A stretch of DNA of 64,000 nt from Malacoraja senta (taxonomy: Eukaryota), in NCBI GenBank assembly GCA_038087875.1, contig CM075985.1, positions 186,001 through 250,000 of the forward strand, read 5' to 3'. Numbering within the stretch: the first letter of the stretch is position 1; every line of letters begins with the position of its first letter. Under the pieces are notes generated by a model. It was not told where the DNA came from, searched no databases, and saw only the letters and a list, made by a program, of their open reading frames with translations. The position numbers were made by a program, and so were the translations under genes. Of this stretch, positions 12,485 through 23,884 are shown one piece after another.

Positions 12485-13740
12485 GACTGACATCTTCAAC
12501 CTGTCACATGCCCAAGCAGTTGTCCCCACGTGCCTTAAAACCACCTCCCTCGTGCCGGTGCCAAAACACTCCACTGCAGCGAGCCTCAACGACTTCTGCC
12601 CAGTTGCACTTACTCCCATCATCACTAAGTGCTTCGAGAGGTTGGTCCTGGCACACCTCAAAGGCTGCCTACCTCCCACACTGGATCCCTATCAGTTCGC
12701 CTACCGCAAGAACAGGAGTACGGAGGATGCCATCTCAACGGCACTTCACTCCGCCCTCTCCCACCTCGACAACAGAGACACCTACGTGAGAATGCTGTTC
12801 ATCTCAGCATTTAACATCATTATCCCCTCAAAACTGATGACCAAACTCAGCGACCTGGGCATCGACCCCTCCCTCTGCAACTGGATACTGGTCTTTCTAA
12901 CCAACAGACCCCAGTCTGTTAGGTCAGACAACCACACCTCTTCAACCCTCACCCTGAACACCGGCTTTCCACAGGGCTGTGTGCTGAGCCCCCTCCTCTA
13001 CTCCCTCTTCACCTACGACTACACACCTGTACATGGTACTAACACCATCATCAAGTATGCAGATGATACAACAGTGATTGGCCTCATCAGCAACAACGAT
13101 GAGTCGGCCTATAGGGAGGAGGTCCAGCTCCTAGCAGCATGGTACGCTGACAACAACCTGGCCTGTAACTACAAGAAGACCAAGGAGCTCATTGTGGACT
13201 ACAGAAGGTCTAGGGGCGGCACGCACACTCCCATCCACATTAACGGGACGGAGGTGGAACGTGTTTCCAGCTTCAGGTTTCTGGGGGTCAACATCTCTGA
13301 TGACTTCTCTTGGACCCACAATACCTCAACACTGGTTAAGAAGGCTCACCAGCTTCTCTTCTTCCTGAGGGGACAAAAGAAGGTCCATCTGTCTCCTCAG
13401 ATTCTGGTGAACATCTACCGCTGCACCATCGAGAGCATCCTTACCAACTGTATCACAGGTTGGTATGGCAACTGCCTCCGACCGGAAAGCACTGCAGAGG
13501 GTGGTGAAAACTGCCCAACGCATCACCGGTTCCTCACTCCCCTCCATTGAGTCTGTCCAATGCAAGCATTGTCTGCGAAGGGCGCGCAGCATCATCAAGG
13601 ACTGCTCTCACCCCAGCCACATACTGTTTATCCTCCTCCCATCCGGTAGGCGCTACAGGTCTCTCCGTTGCCAGATCAGCAGGTTCAGGAACAGCTTCTT
13701 CCCTGTGGCTGTTACACAACTTAACTCTGTACCTTGGGGA
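12485..13740 (+). mobile_element. Rex1/Babar-type LINE RT fragment (ORF 12552-13550)
   Basis: [46 protein letters not shown] and YADD motifs. Confidence 0.88.
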
Positions 13741-13806
13741 TTGCCAGTCACCCATCCCGGACACTCCTTCCCCCAGAAAAATTGCACTACGCTAAAATTG
13801 TATTAC

Positions 13807-13807
<1 letters not shown>

Positions 13808-13840
<33 letters not shown>
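13808..13840. repeat. (TA)n microsatellite
   Basis: Perfect TA run; removed by the deletion in copy 2. Confidence 0.98.
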
Positions 13841-13842
<2 letters not shown>

Positions 13843-14496
13843 TGCTGTTCCATTATTCTATGTTCGCTCTTCTGGGTGAGATGCTAACTGCATTTCGCTG
13901 TCTCTGTACTGTACACTGCACAATGACAATAAAGATTGATTCTGAATCTGAAACCTACATGTCTTTGGATTGTGGGAGAAAACTGAAGATTTCGGGAAAA
14001 AAACCCACGCGGGTCAAGGGAAAATGTACAAATCTGTACTGACAGCACCCGTAGTCAGGATCGAACCCGGGTCTCTGGCACTGCAAGCAGTGTAAGCAAA
14101 GAACTCTACCGCTGCGCCACCGTGCCCACCCCTTTTCCCCAGGACAGAGATGGAATACTAGAGGGCATAGCTTTAACGAGAGTGGGGCAAAGTTTAAAGA
14201 TGTGTGGAGCAAGTTATAAGAGGTTAGAGTGCACCTTGAGTGTGTTGGCAGGGGTGGTGGAGGCAGATACAACAGTGGCATTTAACAGGTTTTTGGATAG
14301 GCAGGGAATGGAGGGATAATGATAATGTGCAGACAGATAAGAGTTGGCAGTGGTGTCACGTTTAGCACAGGCATTGTGGGCCGAAGGGGCGGTTCCTGTG
14401 TTGTACTGTTCTATGTTTTAAACCTCAGGTTATCAATCTTTATCTTTAACAAAGGGTTTGGTGGGGAAGGGAATGAGATGAGTTAAGACAAGCTGA

Positions 14497-14795
14497 TTTA
14501 AACTTTAGAGATATAGAGTGGAAACTGGCCTTTCGGCCCACCGAGACCACACCGACCAGCGATCACCCCGTACACTAGCACTACCCTACGCACTAGGGAC
14601 AATTTACAAATTTTCCAAAGCCAATTAACCTTGAAAACCTGCAGGTCTGTGGCGTGTGGGAGGAAACCGGAGCACCCGGAGAAAACCCACGCTGTCACAG
14701 GGAGAAAGTACAGGCAGCATCCCCGGTCATGATTGACCCCGGGTCTCTGGCGCTGTAAGGCAGCAACTCCATCGCTGCGCCACCGTGCCGCCCAA
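14497..14795 (-). mobile_element. tRNA-derived SINE (copy 2 about 46473-46770)
   Basis: Family head and core on the minus strand. Confidence 0.82.
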
Positions 14796-14989
14796 ATAGT
14801 TGCACATCAGATTAGACAAGTTAGGAAGAAGAACGTGTCCAACATTGTAGATTCAATTGCGGAGTTCAATTACTTCAGGCATATATAAATGCTAGGCGCG
14901 GCTGTTATAACCATATAACCATATAACAATTACAACAATTTTGGCTGTTGAGTAGAGCAACTACTCCTGAATAAAAAACTGCTGTGACA

Positions 14990-15690
14990 GTCCGGAGTCG
15001 CCTTCCAGAGGGTAGTGATTGAAATAGTTTGTTGCCAGGGTGAGAGGGGTCAGAGATGATCTTACCCGCTCGCTTCCTGGCCCTTGCAGTGTACAGTTCA
15101 TCAATGGAGGGAAGGTTGCAGCCAATAACCTTCTCTGCTGATCGGACGATTCGCTGCAGCCTCCAGGTGTCGTGCTTGGTGACTGAGCCAAACCAGACCA
15201 TGATGGGGATGGTGAGAACAGACTCTACGATGGTCGTGTAGAATTGGACCATCATTGCTTGTGGCAGATTGTGTTTCCTCAGCTGCCGCAGGAAGTACAT
15301 CATCTGTTGTGCCTGTTTGACTGTGGAGTCCATGGTAGCCCCCCACTTATGGTCCTTGGAGATGATGGTTCCAAGGAACTTAAAAGATTCCACAGATGTG
15401 ACTGTGGTGTTGTTGATGGTGAGTGGGGTGAGGGGAGGGGGAGCTCTCCTAAAGTCTACAATCAATTCCACTGTCTTAAGAGAATTGAGCTCCAGGTTGT
15501 TGCTTCGGCACCAGGACGCCAGCTGTGACACTTGCTGTCTGTAGGCCGATTCCTCCCCATCCTGGAACAGTCCAATCAGGGTTGTGTTGTCCGCAAACTT
15601 GAGAAGCTTAACTGACAGAGGTGAAGTCGTTGGTGTAGAGAGCGTAGAGGAGAGGAGAGAGTACGCAGCCTTGCGGTGCTCCTATGCTGA
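14990..15690 (-). mobile_element. Rex1/Babar-type LINE 3' fragment; target site of the LINE insertion in copy 2
   Basis: WCRSNNLELNSLKTVELIVDFRR...FKFLGTIIS. Confidence 0.85.
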
Positions 15691-15845
15691 GTGTTTACGG
15701 GTCCCAGATGTACTTTCCCAGCCAAAGTAAGTCAAATGGGCACTGGTGGGTGAAGAGTTGTAAACTAAGACCCTTGGACAGGTGAGTGGACAAGACAGGT
15801 TTAGAGGGGACAATGGACACAAGTGTGTGGGCCTTTGGTACCTTC

Positions 15846-16052
15846 TCAAGATGGCGTCTTGAACGGCGGGACCTTAACAAGATGGCTGCCGGCATCCGAC
15901 CAATCAACGGCGCCGACCTCACATGCCCTCACCAAGATGGCCACCATCAACCCCTCACAAAGATGGCCGCCGGCATCTGACCAATCAGCGGCGCCGATCT
16001 CACCTGCCCTCACCAAGATGGCCGCCATCAACCCCTCATAAAGATGGCCGAT
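15846..16052 (+). promoter_or_regulatory. CpG-rich VNTR with YY1-like (AAGATGGC.GCC) and CCAAT motifs; copy 2 52479-52730
   Basis: Six AAGATGGC motifs and two GACCAATC motifs in an 81 bp (54+27) period. Regulatory function is inferred from the motifs only. Confidence 0.5.
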
Positions 16053-16904
16053 GGAACTCTCTGCCACAGATGGTAGTTGAGGTCACAGTTCATTGGCTAT
16101 ATTTAAGAGGGAGTTAGATGTGGCCCTTGTGGCTAAAGGGATCAGGGGGTATGGAGAGAAGGCAGGTACAGGATACTGAGTTGGATGATCAGCCATGATC
16201 ATATTGAATGGCGATTGGTGCAGGCTCGAAGGGCCGAATGGCCTCTACTCCTGCACCTATTGTCTATGTTTCTATGTTTAGAATGTGAGAGTGACGGACA
16301 GTGTGGAGTGGACGGGGAGATGTGATGAATTACGAAGATTCAGGAACTGGGGAAAAATATCTAAAACAGAGGCTGAGCAGCAATAAAAATGAATTGTATT
16401 TCTCTGCAGAATTCACACAATATGGGGAAATGAGTTGTTAACCCGGATTAAGGAAGGAGCCTGATTAGATTTCTTGTCACAATGAGGACGACACTAACTC
16501 CTGAGCTGATGATGAGCTGCAAGTTGTGATTCCCTCCAGATGTTTTGCTGATAAATCTATGTTTTTGGATGTGGGCCTCAGTGTTTAGGCTTCCAGTTTT
16601 AACCCATGAGGATGTGACCATCCTTATTCCACCACTGATGGATGTGTTTAGTAAATGATGTAAATGATAGGAGTAGGCCCCACGAATAACGAAGGACCAG
16701 CAATGTATTTCCAAGTTATGATGGTGACTAACTGGGTCAATTTGTGCCACTCCACTAGCATGACCAAACAATTCTGGGTATGGATTGTGTTTGCATATTG
16801 TGGATATATTTTCTAGCATCGATGCAGTCATCAATGTAATGGGGATAGAGTTCGGGGATAGGGCCAGTGTACACCTGGAACACAATGTATCTCTCGTGTC
16901 TATA

Positions 16905-17154
16905 TCTCTAGGCTGTGAAGATCTTGGTGCAACTTTGTGAGGTTGTGCTTGGAGAACACCAAATGACAGAGGGAAAAACTAGTGATTGTGAAAATGTTTG
17001 CTGGAGGTTCTACCTTGAGTGAAATTCAGAACTGAGGAGAAATTTGCTCTCAATATTGGACTTACTTTGACAAATTGTAGTAGCGATGATCATATGCAGC
17101 TCATTGGTGACCTCCTAAGTCCAACCTCCGCCATGATCTAATGCAATGAATATT
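16905..17154. repeat. Ancient local repeat, unit A1
   Basis: Aligns by eye with 20370-20540 and 25730-25980 (GG.TGTGAAG.TCTTGGTGCA...TTGGAGAA...CCTTG.GTGAAA...TCAATATTG). Confidence 0.8.
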
Positions 17155-20123
17155 AGTTTGATCTATCGGACCAACTACAGCATGAACAGGCAAAGATGAA
17201 AAAGATAATAAACAGAGAATAAGTGGTGGTGGGTTTCTTAAATGCGTATATTTTAATGCTAGGAGCATTGTAAGAAAGGTGGATGAGCTTAGAGCCTGGA
17301 TTGACACCTGGAAGTTTGATGTTGTGGCGATCAGTGAAACATGGTTGCAGGGGGGCTGTGATTGGCAAATAAATATTCCAGGATTTCGTTGCTTCAGGGG
17401 TGATAGAATTGGAGGGGCAAGAGGTGGGGGTGTTGCATTGCTTGTCAAGGAAAATATTACAGCAGTGCTTTGGCAGGATAGATTAGAGGGCTCGTCTAGG
17501 GAGGCTATTTGGGTGGGACTGAGAAATGGGAAAGGTGTAGCAACACTTATAGGGGTGTATTATAGACCGCCAAATGGGGAGCGAGAATTGGAAGAGCAAA
17601 TATGTAAGGAGATAGCAGATATTAGTAGTAAGCACAAGGTAGTGATTGTGGGAGATTTCAATTTTCCACACATAGACTGGGAAACACATTCTGTAAAAGG
17701 GCTGAATGGTTTGGAGTTTGTAAAATGTGTGCAAGATAGTTTTTTGCAGCAATACATAGAGGTACCTACTAGAGAAGGGGCAGTGCTAGACCTCCTGTTA
17801 GGAAATGAGACAGGGCAGGTGGCGGAGGTATGCGTCGGGGAGCACTTCGGGTCCAGTGATCACAATACCATTAGTTTCAATATAATTATGGAGAGGGTCA
17901 GAACTGGACCTACGGTTGAGATTTTTGTTTGGAGAAAGGCTAACTTTGAGGAGATGCGAAAGGATTTAAAAGGAGTGAATTGGGACATGTTGTTTTATAG
18001 GAAGGATGTAGAAGAAAAATGGAGGACATTTAAGGGTGAAATTTTAAGAGTACAGAATCTTTATGTCCCTGTTCGGTTGAAAGGAAATAGTAAAAAATGG
18101 AAAGAGCCATGGTTTTCAAGGGAAATTGGACACTTGGTTCGGAAAAAGAGAGAGATCTACAATAATTATAGGCAGCATGGAGTAAATGAGGTGCTTGAGG
18201 AGTATAAAGAATGTAAAAAGAATATTAAGAAAGAAATTAGAAAAGCTAAAAGAAGATATGAGGTTGCTTTGGCAAGTAAGGTGAAAGTAAATCCAAAGGG
18301 TTTCTACAGCTATATTAATAGCAAAAGGATAACAAGGAATAAAATTGGTCCATTAGAGAGTCAGAGTGGACAGCTATCTGCAGAGCCAAAAGAGATGGGG
18401 GAGATATTGAACAATTTCTTTTCTTCGGTATTCACGAAGGAGAAGGATATGGAATTATGTGAGGTAAGGGAAACAAGCAGAGTAGCAATGGAAACTGTGA
18501 GATTCAAAGAAGAGGAGGTGCGGACACTTTTGAAAAATATGAAAACGGATAAGTCTCCAGGTCCTGACAGGATATTCCCTAGGACATTGAGGGAAGTTAG
18601 TGTAGAAATAGCAGGGGCTATGACAGAAATATTTCAAATGTCATTAGAAACGGGAATAGTGCCGGGAGGATTGGCGTACTGCGCATGTTGTTCCGTTGTT
18701 GAAACAGGGTTCGAAGAGTAAACCTAGCAATTATAGACCTGTTAGTTTGACGTCAGTGGTGGGCAAATTAATGGAAAGGATACTTAAAGATAATATATAT
18801 AAGCATCTGGATAAGCAGGGTCTGATTAGGAACAGTCAACATGGATTTGTGCCTGGAAGGTCATGCTTGACTAATCTTCTTGAATTTTTCGAAGAGGTTA
18901 CTAGGGAAATTGATGAGGGTAAAGCAGTGGATGTTGTCTATATGGACTTCAGTAAGGCCTTTGACAAGGTTCCTCATGGAAGGTTGGTTAAGAAGATTCA
19001 ATTGTTGGGTATTAATGGTGGAGTAGCAAGATGGATTCAACAGTGGCTGAATGGGAGATGCCAGAGAGTAATGGTGGATGGCTGTTTGTCAGGTTGGAGG
19101 CCGGTGACTAGTGGCGTGCCTCAGGGGTCTGTGTTGGGTCCACTGTTGTTTGTCATGTACATCAATGATCTGGATGATGGTGTGGAAAATTGGATTAGTA
19201 AGTATGCAGATGATACTAAGATAGGTGGTGTTGTGGATAATGAAGTAGATTTTCAAAGTCTACAGAGAGATTTAGGCCATTTGGAAGAGTGGGCTGAAAG
19301 ATGGCAGATGGAGTTTAATGCTGACAAATGTGAGGTGCTACATCTCGGCAGGACAAATCAAAATAGGACGTACACGGTAAATGGTAGCGAATTGAGGAAT
19401 GCAGTTGAACAGAGGGATCTAGGAATAACTGTGCATAGTTCCCTGAAGGTGGAATCTCATGTAGATAGGGTGGTAAAGAAAGCTTTTGGTGTGCTGGCCT
19501 TTATAAATCAGAGCATTGAATATAGAAGTTGGGATGTAATGTTAAAATTGTACAAGGCCAATTCTGGAGTATGGAGTACAATTTTGGTCGCCTAATTATA
19601 GGAAGGATGTCAACAAAATAGAGAGAGTACAGAGGAGATTTACTAGAATGTTGCCTGGGTTTCAGCAACTAAGTTACAGAGAAAGGTTGAACAAGTTAGG
19701 TCTTTATTCTTTGGAGCGCAGAAGGTTAAGAGGGGACTTGATAGAGGTCTTTAAAATTATGAGCGGGTTAGACAGAGTGGACGTGGATAAGCTTTTCCCA
19801 TTGAGAGTAGGGAAGATTCAAACAAGGGGACATGACTTGAGAATTAAGGGACAGAAGTTTAGGGGGAACATTAGGGGGAACTTCTTTACTCAGAGAGTGG
19901 TAGCTGTGTGGAATGAGCTTCCAGTGGAAGTGGTGGAGGCAGGTTCGATGTTATCCTTTAAAAATAGATTGGATGTGTATATCGACGGGAAAGGAATGGA
20001 GGGTTATGGTCTGAGTGCAGGTAGATGAGACTAGGGGGAAGTATTTATTTTTAATTTAAAAAAAAAATTTTAAAAAATGTTCGGCACGGACTTGAAGGGC
20101 CGAGATGGCCTGGTTATATGGTT
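17155..20123 (+). mobile_element. 5'-truncated CR1 LINE with near-complete ORF2 (APE endonuclease plus RT), two frameshifts, 6 bp TSD AATATT
   Basis: ORFs 17279-18721 (VAISETW, GDFNFP, SDHN), 18696-19595 (YADD) and 19648-20028. AATATT at 17149-17154 and 20124-20129; GGTTAT tail. Confidence 0.95.
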
Positions 20124-20545
20124 AATATTGACCGTTCCATTTATTACAAAACAACAGATTCTGTCATTTGCCATTATCATAGACCTTTCAAACATCACAC
20201 AGTCATCTGCTTGAATATGTGTTACTGGAAACTATTCTAACCAGTTGTGAATAGCATTAATTATACTTGTCTTTCTCCAGGCTGGTTAGCATTCTGCAAA
20301 AGCTTTTCTCTTTACCTCACGAACGTGACACTGAACTAAACTGAATTGAACTGGAAGGGACGTGATTTATTCCCAGAGGTTGTGAAGGTCTTGGTGCAAA
20401 CTGTGCGGTTTGATTTGGAGAAAACTGAAAGTTGCAGAAGAAATTGGATGATGATGAGGCTGGTGACTGGTGGGTTTACCTTGTGTGAAACTCAGGAGAT
20501 AATTGCACTCAATATTGGAATAACTGAGTAAATTCAGCATTTTTT
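20124..20545. repeat. Ancient local repeat: motif B (20124-20185) and unit A2 (20370-20540)
   Basis: Motif B matches 26172-26240 (TATTGACC...TTACAAAACA.CAGATTCT.TC.TTTGCCATTATC.TAGAC). A2 matches A1 and A3. Confidence 0.8.
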
Positions 20546-20617
20546 TCCACATCTACTGGTTTGTGTTCTCCTCAACCCAAAACTCACATTGTTTTAATCA
20601 GCCAAACCACCCAAATC

Positions 20618-20890
20618 ACAGTGGCACAGATGTTAGAGCTGCTGCCTCACAGTGCCGGAGACCAGGGTTCAATCTTGACCTCGGGTGCTCTCTGGGTGGA
20701 GATAGCACGCTCCCTGTGGCCACGAATGAGTGGGGATGTAGGTTACTGGACCTCCATAAATTGCTTGTAGTGTGTAGGGAGCGGATGGGAAAGTGAGATA
20801 ACAGAACGAGTGTGAACGGGTGATCAGAGGTCGGCACGGACAGAGGGCTGAACGGCAAGTTTCCATGCTGTGTCTCAAAACTAAACTCAA
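20618..20890 (+). mobile_element. tRNA-derived SINE
   Basis: GTGGCACAG..GTTAGAGCTGCTGCCTCACAG..CCGGAGACCAGGGTTCAATC head; CTAAA tail. Confidence 0.8.
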
Positions 20891-20999
20891 TCAGAACATC
20901 ACTACAGATGCAAGAAGATTAACACATACTCATCATTACACAACAATAGATACTCTCATTCCCCAATGCCCTTGACATTTGTTATCCTCCAATAACCTT

Positions 21000-21637
21000 T
21001 AGACAATAGACAATAGGTGCAAGAGTAGAGGCCATTCGGCCCTTCCAGCCAGCACCGCCATTCAATGTGATCATAGCTGATCATCCCCAATCAGTACCCC
21101 GTTCCTGCCTTCTCCCCATATCCCCTGACTCTGCTATCTTTAAGAGCCCTATCCAGCTCTCTCTTGAAAGCATCCAGAGAACCTGCCTCCACCGCCCTCT
21201 GTGGCAGAGATTCCACAGACTCACAACTCTCTGTGAGAAAAAGTGTTTCCTGGTCTCTGTTCTAAATGGCTTACTCCTTATTCTTAAATTGTGGCCCCTG
21301 GTTCTGGACTCCCCCAACATCGGCAACATGTTTCCTGCCTCTAGCGTGCACATACCCTTAACAATCTTATATGTTTCAATGAGATGCCCTCTCATCCTTC
21401 TAAACTCCAGAGTGTACAAGCCCAGCCGCTCCATTCTCTCAGCATATGACAGTCCCGCCATCCCGGGAATTAACCTGGCGACCCTACGCTGGGCTCCCTC
21501 AATAGCAAGAATGTCCTTCCTCAAATTAGGGGACCAAAACTGCCCACAATACTCCAGGTGTGGTCTCACCAGGGCCCTGTACAACTGCAGAAGGACCTCT
21601 TTGCTCCTAGACTCAACTCCTCTTGTTATAAAGGCCA
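21000..21637 (-). mobile_element. CR1 3' fragment
   Basis: FITRGVESRSKEVLLQLYRALVRPHLEYC. Confidence 0.9.
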
Positions 21638-21639
21638 TA

Positions 21640-22070
21640 TAATTTAATTGTATTTATTAGTAGTGTACATTACAATAATATATGCCAAAATAACATAATA
21701 CATTTCCTGTACCACTTTATATATTAAACTTTGAAAAGAAGTAAAGTAAAGAGAATTAAATAAGATAGTAAGTGTGTGAAAGAGTGATCAAAAGAGACCC
21801 TTAGACATGAAAAGTTCGAAAAAGAGTTGAGAAACAAGCCATAGAAAAAGAAAAAGAGAAAAAGAAAACAGAAGATATATTAAAAGTTTTTTAAAAAGAG
21901 CTAAAAGGGATAAACCAACTTTGTATTTTTCCTCCCCCCTCACCAGGTCCTGAAACCATTTATTTTCAGAATTCTGTTGCACCTTATACTTGTAGTAAGT
22001 CGATAAATGGAGACCAAATCTTTTGGAAATGGTCTGGTTTGCCTGCTAGAAGGAATCTCGATATTCCACT
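21640..22070 (-). mobile_element. L1/Tx1-type LINE 3' end
   Basis: The minus strand encodes FLLAGKPDHFQKIWSPFIDLL* (L1 ORF2 terminus), followed by a T-rich 3' UTR. Confidence 0.65.
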
Positions 22071-22208
22071 CCTACAACCATTTATTAGACTGTACCAGTC
22101 TGTTCTGCTTTAGATTTTACAAGGACATAGAAACGTAATGAATAATGAAGAGAGACACAAAATGCTGGAGCAACTCAGCGAGACAGGGAGCATCTGGAGA
22201 GAAAGAAT

Positions 22209-22244
22209 GGGTGATGTTTCGGGTCGAGACCCTTCTTCAGACCC
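22209..22244 (-). ncRNA. Minimal type I hammerhead ribozyme motif in a Penelope-like terminal repeat
   Basis: GGGU-CUGAAGA-A-GGGUC-UC-GACCC-GAAAC-AUC-ACCC: conserved core, 5 bp stem II and 4 bp stem I. Confidence 0.65.
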
Positions 22245-22459
22245 AGACTTCTTTGACCCGAAATGTCACCCATTCCTTCTCTCCAGAGATGCTGCCTGCC
22301 CCGCCCAGTTACTCCCGCCCAGTTACTTTTGTGTCTATATTCGGTGTAAAGCAGCATCTACAGTTCCTTCCAACATGAAACTTTATCAATGTATTTCTGT
22401 CTCCATTGTTTCCACTAGAAACTTAATGAAACTAAATTATCAGCATCTGCCATTTTACC

Positions 22460-23810
22460 CGCTGGATTGGAGGAAGGCTAACATCACTCCTCTCTTTAAG
22501 AAAGGTTCAACCACCAACCCAGCGAATTATCGTCCTGTTTCATTAACAAGTACTTGCTGCAAATTACTGGAGCATGTAATTGATAGTAATCTGATGCGTC
22601 ACGTGAGCAAACATAATATTCTTGCTGACAACCAACATGCATTTAGGAGGCATAGATCATGTGAGTCTCAGCTTATCCTGACGACAAATGACCTGGCCAA
22701 ACATCTTGATGGTAATGTCATCACGGATTTAGTAGTGCTGGACTTTTCTAAAGCATTTGTTGTCATCCCACACCAGAGACTGCTTCGGAAGCTTGACTTC
22801 TATGGTATTCGTTCCAACACGAAACGATGGATTTCCAGTTTCCTGACAAAACGTCTTCAGCGTGTGTGTGTGAACGGAAAGAGCTCCAATTGGCATCCAG
22901 TGTTGAGTGGTACACCTCAGGGCACAGTACTTGGCCCACATCTGTTTTTGCTTTACATAAACGACATCCATGAAAAAGTCGCAAGCTCGACCAGACTATT
23001 CGCTGATGATTGTTTGCTGTACCGTCCAATTAAGTCAGCTGATGATGAAGATGCTCTCCAAAAGGACCTCGATACAATGGTTGAGTGGTCACAACAATGG
23101 GGCATGCAGTTCAACCCTTCCAAATGTGAAACCATGCGTGTCACCAGAAAGAGGAATCCAGGCAAAACATCGTACAATATACTTGGTACCATCCTTGAAG
23201 AATCCAAACAAACCAAGTATCTTGGCATCAAATTGCAGAATGATCTGCGTTGGAATGGTCAGACTCATCATGCAACGGTGAAAGCAACAGGTGTCCTAAA
23301 TTTTCCGAGGCGCAACTTTCATCATTGTTCAACTTCTGTCAAGGAGAAGCTATACTTCACCCTCGTTAGACCTCATTTGGACTACGCAGTTGCAGCATGG
23401 GACCCATACACAAATAAAAACATTTCTTCCATCGAACGTGTCCAAAGACAGGCAGCTCGATTTGTTACTAACACCTATGAGAGAGAAGCGAGTGTTACCA
23501 AACTTCTGAATTCTCTGGGGTGGAACCCTCTCCAAGACAGACGTGAAGCTCACCGTTTGACCTGTTTTTACAAAATGTTAAATGGTCAGCTCAACATATA
23601 TTACAAGACCTACACCAAACCCAAACCAATTAGGAGCAGACGAGGACATTCGATCAAATTTGCGATTCCAGCTACCAAGACAGATGTGTACAGCAATTCA
23701 TTCTTCCCCCGCACAATTAAAGCATGAAATAATCTTCACCCTACCATAGTTACCCAACCAGATGCAACTAAATTTAAGGTAGCTCTTTCTTCCCAAAAAC
23801 CCTTTCTGGC
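22460..23810 (+). mobile_element. 5'-truncated CR1-group LINE (distinct lineage) with an open RT region
   Basis: NYRPVSLTSTCCKLLEH, HRSCESQL, PQGTVLGP, LFADD and VQRQAARFV motifs; uninterrupted frame to 23727. Confidence 0.88.
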
Positions 23811-23884
23811 TTAAGTCCTCCCTCCACCACCTCCAGTTTAAATTCCATTTGGAATATTTTGGAGGACCAAGAAACCAAGAACCA

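Larger units (their letters stand above)
1..16193. repeat. Segmental duplication, copy 1 (continues past the window start)
   Basis: Base 1 (atctgcttcaacc) matches 31537 onward. The same ORFs and TEs recur in order with an initial offset of 31536. Similarity ends at gttggatgatcagc (16193 vs 52805). Confidence 0.97.

Noticed and set aside
20390-20430. Hairpin in repeat unit A as a microRNA precursor
   Set aside because: Pairing is weak, not conserved in A1, and no known mature miRNA was recognised.
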